Origin: an uncultured Methanosarcinales archaeon
GTDB lineage: Archaea; Nanobdellota; Nanobdellia; Woesearchaeales; JAGVZT01
Direction: 5' to 3'
Assembly (NCBI GenBank): GCA_964354685.1
Contig: CAYHAM010000001.1
Location: 2,284-66,283, forward strand
DNA length: 64,000 bases
A model generated the notes under the pieces. That model saw only the letters and a list, made by a program, of their open reading frames with translations. It was not told the DNA's origin and did not search any database. This document shows, piece after piece, positions 9,238 to 19,336 of this stretch (position 1 is the stretch's first letter; each line of letters begins with the position of its first letter). Made by a program: the position numbers and the translations under genes.

Positions 9238-10113
9238 ATGAGTCTAAGTTATTTTAATATTTTGAAAAAAAGCTGGGATGGATTTAAAAGAAACCCTGTT
9301 CTGATTTTGCCATTGTTTGTGGGGCTTGCCTTATTCATTGGCTTCTTGCTGGTTGTTGTTCTTGAGGTGCTTGTTTTTATTATTATTTTTTCAAAAAGCG
9401 TTTTGTCAGATCCAATGAGTGTTTTGACCAGCACGAAAGGTATTTTATTGATTGTTTTTTTTAGTATGACTGATTTGGTCTTTGTTTGGATGATCTCATC
9501 CTACATAAAGGCAATGCAGATCGGTATGTATTTAGATGTTGCCAAGAATAAAAAAACAACATCAGAGGCAATGTTTAAATATGGTAAAATGTTCTTTAAG
9601 GTATACTTTAAGTACCAATTAGCAAAGTTTGTGATGTTTATTGTACCTATCTTAATTCTTGCGTCTGTTGTTTATCTCTGTTATCTTGCCTCTAAAATCT
9701 TGGCAATAATCATTGGGGTTCTGGCACTTTTGCTGCTGTTGGGTTATATAACCTTTATTGGGTTTGGGCTGTTTTTTATAGAACCAATGATTGTAACTGA
9801 AAGAAAAGGTTTAGTGGCCTTGCTAAAACAATCAATTGATTATTCAATGAAGAACTTTGGTCATGTTATTATAACAGGGGGTATTATAATAATTATTACT
9901 ATGTGTGTTGGTTTGATAATGTACATAATAAAAGCGCCTGTGTCTTTTTTCATCAAGATTCTGGAGATAGCTGGATCAGTTGGACCAATAGTCTTTTTGT
10001 ATGGTCTTAGTTTTTTGCTAGAGATTATCATGGGTATTGTCAATGTCGTCCTAGGTGTTGTGCTTGGTTTGTTTTTGTTTAATGCTTATTTTGCTAAGAA
10101 GAGAAAAAGATAG
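9238..10113 (+). CDS. Polytopic membrane protein, function unknown
   Basis: 291 aa with about seven hydrophobic helices and no recognisable motif. Confidence 0.4.
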   Translation: MSLSYFNILKKSWDGFKRNPVLILPLFVGLALFIGFLLVVVLEVLVFIIIFSKSVLSDPMSVLTSTKGILLIVFFSMTDLVFVWMISSYIKAMQIGMYLDVAKNKKTTSEAMFKYGKMFFKVYFKYQLAKFVMFIVPILILASVVYLCYLASKILAIIIGVLALLLLLGYITFIGFGLFFIEPMIVTERKGLVALLKQSIDYSMKNFGHVIITGGIIIIITMCVGLIMYIIKAPVSFFIKILEIAGSVGPIVFLYGLSFLLEIIMGIVNVVLGVVLGLFLFNAYFAKKRKR

Positions 10114-10118
10114 CTGTC

Positions 10119-11609
10119 TTATCTGAGTTGAAATGGAACCTTAAGTTTCTGCAATGCTTTTACTAACTCTATTTGATATCCCTGCTCACTTCTATTTGAA
10201 GAATAAATCATTTTATTTGGGTCTTGGACTAATAATGTTAATCTTTGTGGGGGGATGGGTTTATTAGTGAAAATAACATATTCTGTATCACCTCGTCCCC
10301 TTGTACCTTCTTCTCCTTCAAACACGCAATAACCATTACAATTCCAAGATATTAATGCGTGCATACCTCCATATTGGTCATGTGGTTTAACATAAAAAAA
10401 TCTATTTCCAATTACATTTACCCCGAAAAATGAACCATGTGTTTTCGTTTCAGTTGGACTAATTCCTTTGATTATTATATCTCTTAGTTTTTCAGCATAC
10501 TGCCAAGCTTCCGCTCTACCTATGTCACGATGGTGAAGACGTGCAAAAATTCCTGCATAAGCAATAAGGTTGCTTCGGGTCCCCCTTAACTGATAATGCC
10601 CGATTTCAGTTCTATAAATAGAAGTGAAAGATATAAAAGCTTTAGGATCAGATTTGACGTATTTTAAAAAGGATTCTTGCATACCCTCTTGATTATTGGA
10701 GTCATAGTGCCTTTTGAACTCTATCAGGAATTGCCTCCTTCTTTCCAAGCGATTGATGTCAGACAACCAAGATTGATATATGTTGCTTAGAGTTTGCTTT
10801 GGTTTCAAATAATCTGGAATATTATTCTGCAACAAATATTCTTCATTATAAATTTTCCTTAGGCTTGAATCAAATCCCTCAATTGCTTCTAATAATCCTT
10901 TGTATAGAGAGATTACATCTTTTAAAGTGTCAATTTCTGCCTGAAAAGTTATTTTAGCAACTCTAGGTAGAGTTCTATCACGAGTAATAGCTCCTACTGA
11001 ATGGGGTGCCTTTTCTATTTTTTGGATTAATTTCTCATATTCTGCTTTGATTCTGTCCTCTTTTTGTTTCATAAAATAAAGGCTTTTCTCTAGCCTTATT
11101 ATAACGTTTCTCTCAAAAAAGACAAGTTGTTTTTGTAAACTATCTAACAAGATTAATAGAATATCCATGATTTTTCCAGCATCTTTTTCTTTCACAATTT
11201 GTACTAATAAGGGGAAAAGTGTATCGCTCTGATATTTACCAAACTGTATAACATTTTCTTTAACCTTTTTAAAATAGCCTCTGTAGGATATTTTTGAAAA
11301 TTTGATCTGATAAGTAGATAATTTAGTGACCATTGAATTGGGATTGCTTGAATCAAAAATAAAGAGTGTTCTCTTCAAATCTTCTACAAATTCATAAAGT
11401 GTATTCTTTCTTCCACCTGAAAAATAATCCTGTTCTTCTGTATATTTAATTATAAGAGACAAAATTTTATCTAATACAGAAAGGTTAGGGTCAAATTCCT
11501 GCCTAACAATATTTGTAAGATCTCTTAGTTTAGAGATATGTTCTCTGCACTTTACAGCTTTTTCTATTATTGCCTCTTTATTCTTTGATTTTCCTAATCG
11601 ACCAAACAT
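10119..11609 (-). CDS. Large hypothetical protein (496 aa). The C-terminal ~160 aa carry His/Cys/Asp-rich conserved-looking blocks, possibly a transglutaminase/papain-like fold.
   Basis: No confident family match. C-terminal blocks are HHRDIGRAEAW, HGSFFGVNVIGNRFFYVKPHD and ISWNCNGYC. Confidence 0.3.
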   Translation of the reverse strand: MFGRLGKSKNKEAIIEKAVKCREHISKLRDLTNIVRQEFDPNLSVLDKILSLIIKYTEEQDYFSGGRKNTLYEFVEDLKRTLFIFDSSNPNSMVTKLSTYQIKFSKISYRGYFKKVKENVIQFGKYQSDTLFPLLVQIVKEKDAGKIMDILLILLDSLQKQLVFFERNVIIRLEKSLYFMKQKEDRIKAEYEKLIQKIEKAPHSVGAITRDRTLPRVAKITFQAEIDTLKDVISLYKGLLEAIEGFDSSLRKIYNEEYLLQNNIPDYLKPKQTLSNIYQSWLSDINRLERRRQFLIEFKRHYDSNNQEGMQESFLKYVKSDPKAFISFTSIYRTEIGHYQLRGTRSNLIAYAGIFARLHHRDIGRAEAWQYAEKLRDIIIKGISPTETKTHGSFFGVNVIGNRFFYVKPHDQYGGMHALISWNCNGYCVFEGEEGTRGRGDTEYVIFTNKPIPPQRLTLLVQDPNKMIYSSNRSEQGYQIELVKALQKLKVPFQLR

Positions 11610-11666
11610 GTTTTCAATTAAAAGTTCAGAATTTATTAATTTTTCTTTTTCAGTTTAGATATATAC

Positions 11667-13316
11667 CTATCTCAAAGCTTCAAAAATTTCTGTTAGGTTT
11701 AGCTCTACTGCAGAAACAGGCATATCAAGATCAAAGTTGCTAAGCACTTGCGGGTGTATTTCTCCTATGTAACCAATTTTTTTGTTTTTTACAAAAATCT
11801 TTCCCACCCTGCCTGGTATAAAGGATTTGTGCTCTGTGTCATCAATCTTGCATTCAAGTCCTAATGTGTTAAGAAGGTATTCCATAAACTGCTTAACCTC
11901 AGTGTAATCAGCATCCTTGTGGCTGGTTATTATTGCTAATCTAACTGGCTCTTCAACACCTGTTTCTGTTTTTGGATTTTTCTTGAAAACTGTACCAATC
12001 TCAAACAACTTCTGAGGATATTCATGGTGCTTGTTCTCCTTTAATACTTGTATTAAATTAGGGATTATCCATGCTCTTAGCACGTTATATTCTTTGCTTT
12101 TGGAGTTTTTTATTTTAATCAAATCAAGGTTTAGGCTGGTGTTCTTGTTTTGATTGTCTTCATTGGTTAAATGGTATGAGCTTGCCTCCAGCAGACCCAG
12201 GCCAACAAGGATTCTTGCAACTTTTATTGTGAATTTATAGAATTCGTCCTCTTCTGCTATTGTTGCAACTTTAGGGATTATTGGCTTAAAGTTTTCAAAA
12301 CCATAAGCTATTGCTATGTCTTCAACAAAGTCTACCTCATGTAATATGTCTGCCCTGTATGCTGGCACTAGCACTTTTTTATTAGAATAACCAAAACCCA
12401 TCCTCTCCAAAAGCTTCTTGAGTTGAGGTTGGTTTAGTTTTAATCCAAGTTTCTTATTAACATAATCTAAGTTTAGCTTCATCTGTCTTGGTTTTAGATT
12501 AGGGGTAACAATAGTTTTGTCTGGGTAAACAAGTTTCATTGAGTAGATATCAGCACCCATATCTGCAATTGTTGTAACTATTATATTAAGCACCATGTTA
12601 CATGTGTTGAAATCAAAGCCTGATACCTCAATAAATGCCTCCTTTGTTTTCTCTGTTATCTTACCGGTTAGATGAGAATTGATTATTGGTGTAAAACTCA
12701 GTACTTGTTTTTTTGAATCAATAAAGATTGCATATTTTTTTAGTCCTTCAACAAGGTGTGCATACTCTTTGCCTGTTGGATGTTTTTGTAGGATTTGGGT
12801 TGCATTTAGCTCTGTTGGCCATTCCAATGGCCTAAAAACTATATCTTCTGGTTTGCTGCATGTGAATCTTATAGGTGGTATAATTTTTTCTAGAGGGTAT
12901 ATGCCCATTGCTGCCTTTTTTCTGTTTCTGCAAAATGTTATGTGGAGTTTTTCTTGTATTTCAATTAACTCTTTTATTTTTTGATCATCTAGTTTAAGGT
13001 TTTTTACAATTGCGCATACAGTGTATGGTCTAATATTTTTCATTGATTTATCTATTACAACCTTGTGGCCTGAGGGCTTTACATTGTATTTTATTAGCCC
13101 TGTTTTAACACCAATAAAAGATCTTAGCGCACGAGCAAACCCTTGCTCTGAGAGCATGTCTGGTCTATTGGGAAAAACCTCAACAACTATCTCTTCTTTT
13201 GTAATGCTTTCTAGGTCTGTTCCAAGCATTGCTATTCTGCTCTTCAAATTTTCATCAGATAGCTTTTTTCCAATAATCTTGTCTACAACCCTTCTGTTTA
13301 TTGTTATTGTTGGCAT
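11667..13316 (-). CDS. pheT: Phenylalanyl-tRNA synthetase beta subunit (archaeal type)
   Basis: 549 aa with an N-terminal B3/B4 domain (MPTITINRRVV...VFPNRPDMLSEQGFARAL). It lies immediately downstream of pheS. Confidence 0.85.
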   Translation of the reverse strand: MPTITINRRVVDKIIGKKLSDENLKSRIAMLGTDLESITKEEIVVEVFPNRPDMLSEQGFARALRSFIGVKTGLIKYNVKPSGHKVVIDKSMKNIRPYTVCAIVKNLKLDDQKIKELIEIQEKLHITFCRNRKKAAMGIYPLEKIIPPIRFTCSKPEDIVFRPLEWPTELNATQILQKHPTGKEYAHLVEGLKKYAIFIDSKKQVLSFTPIINSHLTGKITEKTKEAFIEVSGFDFNTCNMVLNIIVTTIADMGADIYSMKLVYPDKTIVTPNLKPRQMKLNLDYVNKKLGLKLNQPQLKKLLERMGFGYSNKKVLVPAYRADILHEVDFVEDIAIAYGFENFKPIIPKVATIAEEDEFYKFTIKVARILVGLGLLEASSYHLTNEDNQNKNTSLNLDLIKIKNSKSKEYNVLRAWIIPNLIQVLKENKHHEYPQKLFEIGTVFKKNPKTETGVEEPVRLAIITSHKDADYTEVKQFMEYLLNTLGLECKIDDTEHKSFIPGRVGKIFVKNKKIGYIGEIHPQVLSNFDLDMPVSAVELNLTEIFEALR

Positions 13317-13318
13317 TT

Positions 13319-14857
13319 TTACAGCAACCAGGTTTTTATCTCCCTTAATTTTTTTATATCGTTTTTGTACAAATCTCTAATATCATTTATCTTGTAGTAT
13401 TCTAAGATTGACCTCTCTAGGCCAAGCCCCCAGGCTAGCACTGGAATATCTTCTCCTAGCAAGGGTTTTACTACCTCTGGTCTAAATATTCCAGAACCAC
13501 CAAGCTCAATCCATTTTTTCTTTGTAGGATGAAAAACATCAACCTCTGCACTTGGCTCTGTGTAGGGAAAATAACCAGGACGAACCCTTGCTTTAGGGTA
13601 TCCCATCTTCTTGAAGAACTCAATCAGATATCCTTTGAGATGCTTGAAGTTTGCATTAGGATCAACAACAATACCCTCTACTTGTATAAGTTCTATTAGG
13701 TGTGACCAATCTGATGTTTCGTTTCTAAAGTTTTTTCCAACAGAGAAGAACTTTGCTGGCAAGTCTTTTTTTTTCAGTGTTGAAATTGTTCTTGCACTCA
13801 ATACAGTGGTGTGTGTTCTAAGAACATTCTTCATTGCATCCTCTGGGTCCCATTTGTATTGCCAACCAATTGAGCCGGTATTGCCTCCATTCTCATGAGC
13901 TCTTTTAACTTTTTCAACAATTTCTTTGTTTGGCAGTTTCCCTTTTTCAGGTTCTTTTAAGTAGAATGTGTCTTGCAGCTCTCTAACAGGATGGTCTTGT
14001 GCTGTAAACAATGCGTCAAAGTTCCAGAAACTTGTTTGAACCATAGTGCCTTTCATCTCCTCAAAACCTAGTTCTATCCATATTCGCCTTGCGTACTCAA
14101 CTGCAAGGTTGACAAAGTGGTGTTTGCCACCATATATTCTCGGCACATTAATTTTTATATCATAACCCCTAAAATCCTTTCCTTTCCAAGATCCTGTTTT
14201 TAGTATAGAGGTTGTTAAGTGGTCAACAACCTGTTTTGATTCTCCCTTTTTCTTAATGACCTCTTTTCCAAGATCTGTTAGTTCAACAACTATTGCCTTT
14301 GTTTCTATTACCTTTATTATCTGCTTTCTCTTCTTTAGTTCAGTGAATGCTTGGCTTTCTTCTGGTTTGAGTAAGGAGATGGGTTTTCCATTTTCCACGT
14401 TTTTAAGGAATTTTTCTTCCAGGCTTTCTTTATCTAGAAGCTGTTTGCCAGAATCTGTTAGCTCAATAACCAAGCCATTGTCTTTTTTTATTGATATTGC
14501 TGCTTTTCTCTTTAGTATGCCTAATGAGATGTTGAGCTCCTCTTTGCTGAGCTTTGCTTTTGCTTTAATTTCTTCTAAGGGAAGCTGTTTGTGTTTTAAT
14601 GCAAGAAGAAACCTTTTTTCAGGCAAACCTTGTTTCAAATACTCAATCCCATTTTTGTCCAGGCCAACAATATCCTCTCTTGTCTTCTTTATTTCTATTA
14701 GCTCTTTGTTTTGGAGCCATTGCAGTGCCCTCATTACCTCTATCTTTTTTAAGCCTGATGCTTTTGTTATCTCTTCAAAGGTTTTGTGTTCAGAAAGGTG
14801 TGGAAGGACAACTCTTTCCAGCATGTGTAGTTTTGTTATGATTTTATCAGTATCCAT
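13319..14857 (-). CDS. pheS: Phenylalanyl-tRNA synthetase alpha subunit (archaeal type)
   Basis: 512 aa. The C-terminal class II core reads FRPEVVKPLLGEDIPVLAWGLGLERS, with N-terminal winged-helix repeats. Confidence 0.88.
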   Translation of the reverse strand: MDTDKIITKLHMLERVVLPHLSEHKTFEEITKASGLKKIEVMRALQWLQNKELIEIKKTREDIVGLDKNGIEYLKQGLPEKRFLLALKHKQLPLEEIKAKAKLSKEELNISLGILKRKAAISIKKDNGLVIELTDSGKQLLDKESLEEKFLKNVENGKPISLLKPEESQAFTELKKRKQIIKVIETKAIVVELTDLGKEVIKKKGESKQVVDHLTTSILKTGSWKGKDFRGYDIKINVPRIYGGKHHFVNLAVEYARRIWIELGFEEMKGTMVQTSFWNFDALFTAQDHPVRELQDTFYLKEPEKGKLPNKEIVEKVKRAHENGGNTGSIGWQYKWDPEDAMKNVLRTHTTVLSARTISTLKKKDLPAKFFSVGKNFRNETSDWSHLIELIQVEGIVVDPNANFKHLKGYLIEFFKKMGYPKARVRPGYFPYTEPSAEVDVFHPTKKKWIELGGSGIFRPEVVKPLLGEDIPVLAWGLGLERSILEYYKINDIRDLYKNDIKKLREIKTWLL

Positions 14858-15033
14858 TGTGTTTTCCTTATTTTTGGTTTTATTTATATGTTTTGCTTTT
14901 TATCACCTATTTTTATTATAGAGTAAACAAAAATGGAAATGGAGGTTTAGTAATCTAAACCTGCGTCTAAAAAAAGAATTTCAGAAACTTGAAGTAACTT
15001 ATTGAATCTATTTTAAGAAAATAAAAAAAAAGT

Positions 15034-15861
15034 TTATTTTTTTACTGCCTTAAGAACATCTTTGGCAGGCTTCATGTCCTTCCAAGCAAGCTCAAAGAGG
15101 TCTTCAAGAGCAGAAGCAAAGAATGGTGTGTTTACCCAGATACCTACATCATATGTTGGATGCACCTCTTTGTCATCAAGAACCATGAATGTTAGTTCTT
15201 TTCCATCTATTATTATGAATCTTGCTTTAGAGTTGGTATGCCTGACCTCAGCAACCTCACCTAGGTCTTTTATTGCATTCATACACTCTTTTGTTAGTGG
15301 AGCTGCTATCCTTATTTTCACACCTCTTTTCTTCACCTTTTCAAACACGGGTTTTAAACCCTCAATTTTTCTGATTAGGCCTTGAGTGGTTGTCATTATT
15401 GTAACAGATTTCTCTGCCCCTTTTACTGTTAGTTCTAAATGGTTGTACAGATTGTGCCTTCCCTTTAAAGAACCTGACAAATCCGAGGGTTCAACAAGCT
15501 CTATGCCTTGTGTGTGAAGCTGTTTTAGTTCATCCAATACCTCTGTGCCTTTCAGCTCATCAAGGCGCTTTATCTTTACATCTGCATCTTGTCTCATGTT
15601 CTTCTTTACTCTTTCCACAACCTCAGAAGGAGGAACAGCCAAGTATTTTATGGGTTTGCCAAACTTCATAATAACAAAGCCTTTTTTCTCAAGACTTTCT
15701 AGAACATCATAGCTTCTTGACCTTGGTACATTTGCAATATCGCTTAATTCTCCTGCTGTAGATACTCCTCTTGACAACAACGCTGTCCAAATCTTAACTT
15801 CATATAGGTTGAGAGAAAAATAAAGTCTTAACTTGCTCAAAAATTCTTCTTTAACGATCAT
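15034..15861 (-). CDS. TrmB-family transcriptional regulator
   Basis: YEVKIWTALLSRGVSTAGELSDIANVPRSRSYDVLESLEKKGFV is the TrmB N-terminal wHTH. It is a paralog of 50389..51186. Confidence 0.8.
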   Translation of the reverse strand: MIVKEEFLSKLRLYFSLNLYEVKIWTALLSRGVSTAGELSDIANVPRSRSYDVLESLEKKGFVIMKFGKPIKYLAVPPSEVVERVKKNMRQDADVKIKRLDELKGTEVLDELKQLHTQGIELVEPSDLSGSLKGRHNLYNHLELTVKGAEKSVTIMTTTQGLIRKIEGLKPVFEKVKKRGVKIRIAAPLTKECMNAIKDLGEVAEVRHTNSKARFIIIDGKELTFMVLDDKEVHPTYDVGIWVNTPFFASALEDLFELAWKDMKPAKDVLKAVKK

Positions 15862-15871
15862 TTGCTCCCCT

Positions 15872-15901
15872 CCAACTAATTAATTACCAACTAATTAATT
15901 A
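15872..15901. repeat. Tandem direct repeat 2 x CCAACTAATTAATTA directly upstream of the trmB start. It may serve as a TATA-like or operator element.
   Basis: Seen directly in the sequence. Confidence 0.5.
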
Positions 15902-16088
15902 TATAGTGAATATCAATCTAATAAATATAACTAATATTAATATGTTATGCTTTTTTGTGTCATTACCCAGTGTTTATTACATCGGGTAAGGGGGCGTCAC
16001 TAACTAGTGATGGTGCTGACCACAATATTTTAACATCCCCTTCCAATAGTAAAATACAACCAATATTTAAATGTTGCTCTTCAAAACC

Positions 16089-17150
16089 TTAGCTGATCTT
16101 GTATCTTAATATAGCAGCTATACCCCCTAAACCATCTAGCTTCTTGCCTGCTTGGTTTTTTGAGTTTATTATATGTATTTCCCCTTTCATTGATTCAACC
16201 AATCTAACAATCTTGTCAATCTCTAAAAATGTGCCCTCTTGCCTTTTTTGATGTATAAAATTTGTGGACACAAGCAGTTCTGATATCGCACCGATTTCTG
16301 CGGCTTGTTTTGTTTGCTCAAGGCCATAAACTTCAAGGTTGTTTTTTGCTATTTCTTCAAGCAATGATTCTACAAGTTTTAGCTCCTTTGTTGTTCGCTC
16401 TCTACTCAAAACGTTTTTTACCTCAGGTCTTTTCAAAACTTCGTCTATTGCTTCTTCACCAACCGCATTACAAGTTGCTAATGTTATCTTTTGTTTTAGC
16501 TCATCATCTTTTATTTGTTTTAATAACTCCTGTTTCCAGAATGCTGGGCTTGCTAAGATTATTTGTTTTATTTGGTAACGATCAACATAATCATTTAATT
16601 GCCTTATTATTTGAGTGTAAAATACCGATTCTTTTATCTCGGCATCATCTTTTTTGCTAACATCTCCCTCGAGGTTGGATAACACTTTGTAACCTTGCTT
16701 TTTTAGGAGCGCGAAGCCTGCGTTTTCCCTATCAAGGGTACATATTAAAATTTTAAGGTCCTTTTCTACAGACGCCTCTTTTAATCTCTCAATCTGGTAA
16801 TTGAGCCAGTGGTCTTTAATTATTGTAATTGTGTCACCAATACCTGTTCCAAATGTGTGGTGGCTTGCTTTTGTAACATCCTCTGGGCCTTCTTCAACTG
16901 TGCCTGAAACCCTAAGAACATCTGAATATTCATGAAATCCAACTTTATCAACCTTTATCTTTAGGTACACTGGCCTTTTTTTAATACCCTTTGTTTGCTC
17001 ATCTTTACCAATAAGTTTTATTTTTCTTATTGTTTTTCCTTTTACAAAATCTCCTGGATCAATTAATTGAGATAGATACCACAGATCATCAATATCTTCT
17101 ACTTTAACTACAGCTTCTCCATGCTTGAAGTCTTTTTTTAGAATTCTCAT
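16089..17150 (-). CDS. pelA: Pelota (Dom34) mRNA-surveillance / ribosome-rescue factor
   Basis: MRILKKDFKHGEAVVKVEDIDDLWYLSQLIDPGDFVKGKTIRK is the Pelota N-terminal domain, followed by eRF1-like domains 2 and 3. Confidence 0.85.
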   Translation of the reverse strand: MRILKKDFKHGEAVVKVEDIDDLWYLSQLIDPGDFVKGKTIRKIKLIGKDEQTKGIKKRPVYLKIKVDKVGFHEYSDVLRVSGTVEEGPEDVTKASHHTFGTGIGDTITIIKDHWLNYQIERLKEASVEKDLKILICTLDRENAGFALLKKQGYKVLSNLEGDVSKKDDAEIKESVFYTQIIRQLNDYVDRYQIKQIILASPAFWKQELLKQIKDDELKQKITLATCNAVGEEAIDEVLKRPEVKNVLSRERTTKELKLVESLLEEIAKNNLEVYGLEQTKQAAEIGAISELLVSTNFIHQKRQEGTFLEIDKIVRLVESMKGEIHIINSKNQAGKKLDGLGGIAAILRYKIS

Positions 17151-17157
17151 TTTACAC

Positions 17158-18015
17158 TTATACAAATTGATATGCTTCTCTCAACTCTGGTGTTCTTTTT
17201 ATCTTTTCAATAGATTTGTCTATGCTTTTAATTTGTGTTTCTAGGTCATTATTTAAACTTATTGCAGAGTCTCTTGCAACTTTCAGTTTATTTTTATCCT
17301 TACTTGACATTGAGCTTTCTATTTGGCTTATATCATAATTAATCTCTTCTTTCATTTTCTGTGCCATTCTGCTGATCTCTGATTCCGGATTCTGTTGTGG
17401 ATTAACCCTCCTTAATATATAATCACGATTTTGTTTTATCTTTGTTAGTATATCTTCTATCTCCTCCTTAAAGACTTCCATCATACCTTCATTCCCTTCT
17501 TTTAATGCATCTACTGGGTCTTCTTTTTCCAGCAATTTTTGCATTCTTTTGATTCTGTTATGTATTCGATGAAATAATAACGCAGAAAGCCCAAGCTCTT
17601 GTACTGTTCTTTGTTCTTGTTTTAATTCCATAAGTTCTCTTCTAGCTTGCTTATATTTTGCAAACATAAACCTCATTATGATTGTTGATGGTATGAAGTT
17701 TGTTACATAATCAAAACCAGGGATAAAGTTTGCTGCCTCTATTGCCACAAATAATGCCACATAATCACCACTAACCTTTCTCTCTTTGTAAAAGATATAT
17801 AAGGCTGCAATCCAATCCCCCCAGTCTAATCCAATAGCTCCTCCAAGTGGTTCATCAATAAAACTTAGAACAATGTCTAGAATGTCTAATATTAATGCGT
17901 CAAGATATTGACTGATGCGTTTGCCAAAAAGGATAGAAAACACTAATATAACTAATCCGCCTAAACCAAAAGCAACCAGAAGTGTATCACTAACCATGCT
18001 TTGATTTAAAAACAA
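17158..18015 (-). CDS. Membrane-anchored coiled-coil protein, function unknown
   Basis: N-terminal TM helices followed by a charged coiled-coil region. Confidence 0.35.
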   Translation of the reverse strand: MFLNQSMVSDTLLVAFGLGGLVILVFSILFGKRISQYLDALILDILDIVLSFIDEPLGGAIGLDWGDWIAALYIFYKERKVSGDYVALFVAIEAANFIPGFDYVTNFIPSTIIMRFMFAKYKQARRELMELKQEQRTVQELGLSALLFHRIHNRIKRMQKLLEKEDPVDALKEGNEGMMEVFKEEIEDILTKIKQNRDYILRRVNPQQNPESEISRMAQKMKEEINYDISQIESSMSSKDKNKLKVARDSAISLNNDLETQIKSIDKSIEKIKRTPELREAYQFV

Positions 18016-18106
18016 GGGGTTTTTATAGTTTTCTGTATACAGGTGGCTAAAAAATAGAAAAAGATTTATATATCACGAGTTTTAAGGTTAGTTATTGAGG
18101 TGATAG

Positions 18107-19303
18107 TTGATGTTCAAGAAAAAGGGGCAATCTGCAAATGCTGCTGGTGCTGCTGTTCTTATTTTAATAATAATGCTTGTTATTATAATGTATGTGCTAT
18201 TCCTCCCTCCTTCTGATAGGGAGGAACTTTTAAGAGGTAATGAAACTGAAGAGAATGGAGATAAAGAGAACATACTTGAGGAAAATGAATCTATCCTTCT
18301 AGAAGAGCAACCTGGTAGATTGGATTACATCGCTGAAAGAGAATATGAACACAACATACCTTCTTTTTTCTTATACAAAACAACAAATGCTGTTGAGCTC
18401 AAGAAGATAAACCCTTTTGTTGTTAGGAATGCTGTTTTTGATAGAAAGAGCTATAACACAACCTTTTTTATCCAAGACCTGGAGAATACAAAGAATGTTG
18501 TGCTCAGCTTCCAAGCTAAAAAACATTCTGGGATTCTCACAATACGCTTGAATGGGGATGTTATTTTTGATGGTGAGATAACAACATTTAATGTAGAGCC
18601 AATCAGCTTACCTTTTGAGTCTTTGCAAGAGAAGAACATACTTGATTTTTCTGTCTCTGAAGTTGGGTGGCAGTTCTGGAAATCAAATGAATACCAATTG
18701 GAAAATATTCGGGTAATTGCAGATGTTACAGATATTAGCAGGCAAGAGAGCAACAACGTGTTCTATATCACAAGCATTGAAGCAGAGAATGTGGAGAGGG
18801 CTTGGATAAAGTTCTCACCAGAGTGCGTACCAGATGTTGTTGGAACATTAGAGTTGTTTATCAATAACCGCATTGTTTTCTCTGGTGTGCCTGATTGCGG
18901 GATTTTGAACACTCATGAGTTTGCACCAGACCTTTTGTTAACAGGCTCTAACAATGTTGTTTTCAAAACAGGAGAGGGCTCTTACTTGATTGATTTGATA
19001 GAAGTAAAAACAAATCTAAAAGAGACACCATATGTTGTTTATTATTTTGAACTCAACTCTTCGCAATATGATGATATACTACATGACGAGCTTAATGTTA
19101 ACCTGACTTTTGAGTTTGTTGAAGAGGGTGACTTAAAAGAGGCGAAGCTAATCATCAATGGTCATGAAACAGGGCTTTATACAAGAGAAAGGATTTATTC
19201 AAAGGTTATTGATGCTTATATCCAGAAAGATAACAATGCTTTAAAAATTGTTCCAAAAGAGACTTTGGATATTATCAAGCTAACAATAAGACTGGATGAT
19301 TAG
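18107..19303 (+). CDS. Secreted or membrane-anchored hypothetical protein (N-terminal TM/signal anchor)
   Basis: N-terminal hydrophobic segment AAVLILIIMLVIIMYVLFL followed by a large extracytoplasmic region. It is the first gene of a three-gene same-strand cluster. Confidence 0.4.
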   Translation: MMFKKKGQSANAAGAAVLILIIMLVIIMYVLFLPPSDREELLRGNETEENGDKENILEENESILLEEQPGRLDYIAEREYEHNIPSFFLYKTTNAVELKKINPFVVRNAVFDRKSYNTTFFIQDLENTKNVVLSFQAKKHSGILTIRLNGDVIFDGEITTFNVEPISLPFESLQEKNILDFSVSEVGWQFWKSNEYQLENIRVIADVTDISRQESNNVFYITSIEAENVERAWIKFSPECVPDVVGTLELFINNRIVFSGVPDCGILNTHEFAPDLLLTGSNNVVFKTGEGSYLIDLIEVKTNLKETPYVVYYFELNSSQYDDILHDELNVNLTFEFVEEGDLKEAKLIINGHETGLYTRERIYSKVIDAYIQKDNNALKIVPKETLDIIKLTIRLDD

Positions 19304-19336
19304 GTTTGTTCTTGGATAAAAAGAGGTATATAAACA

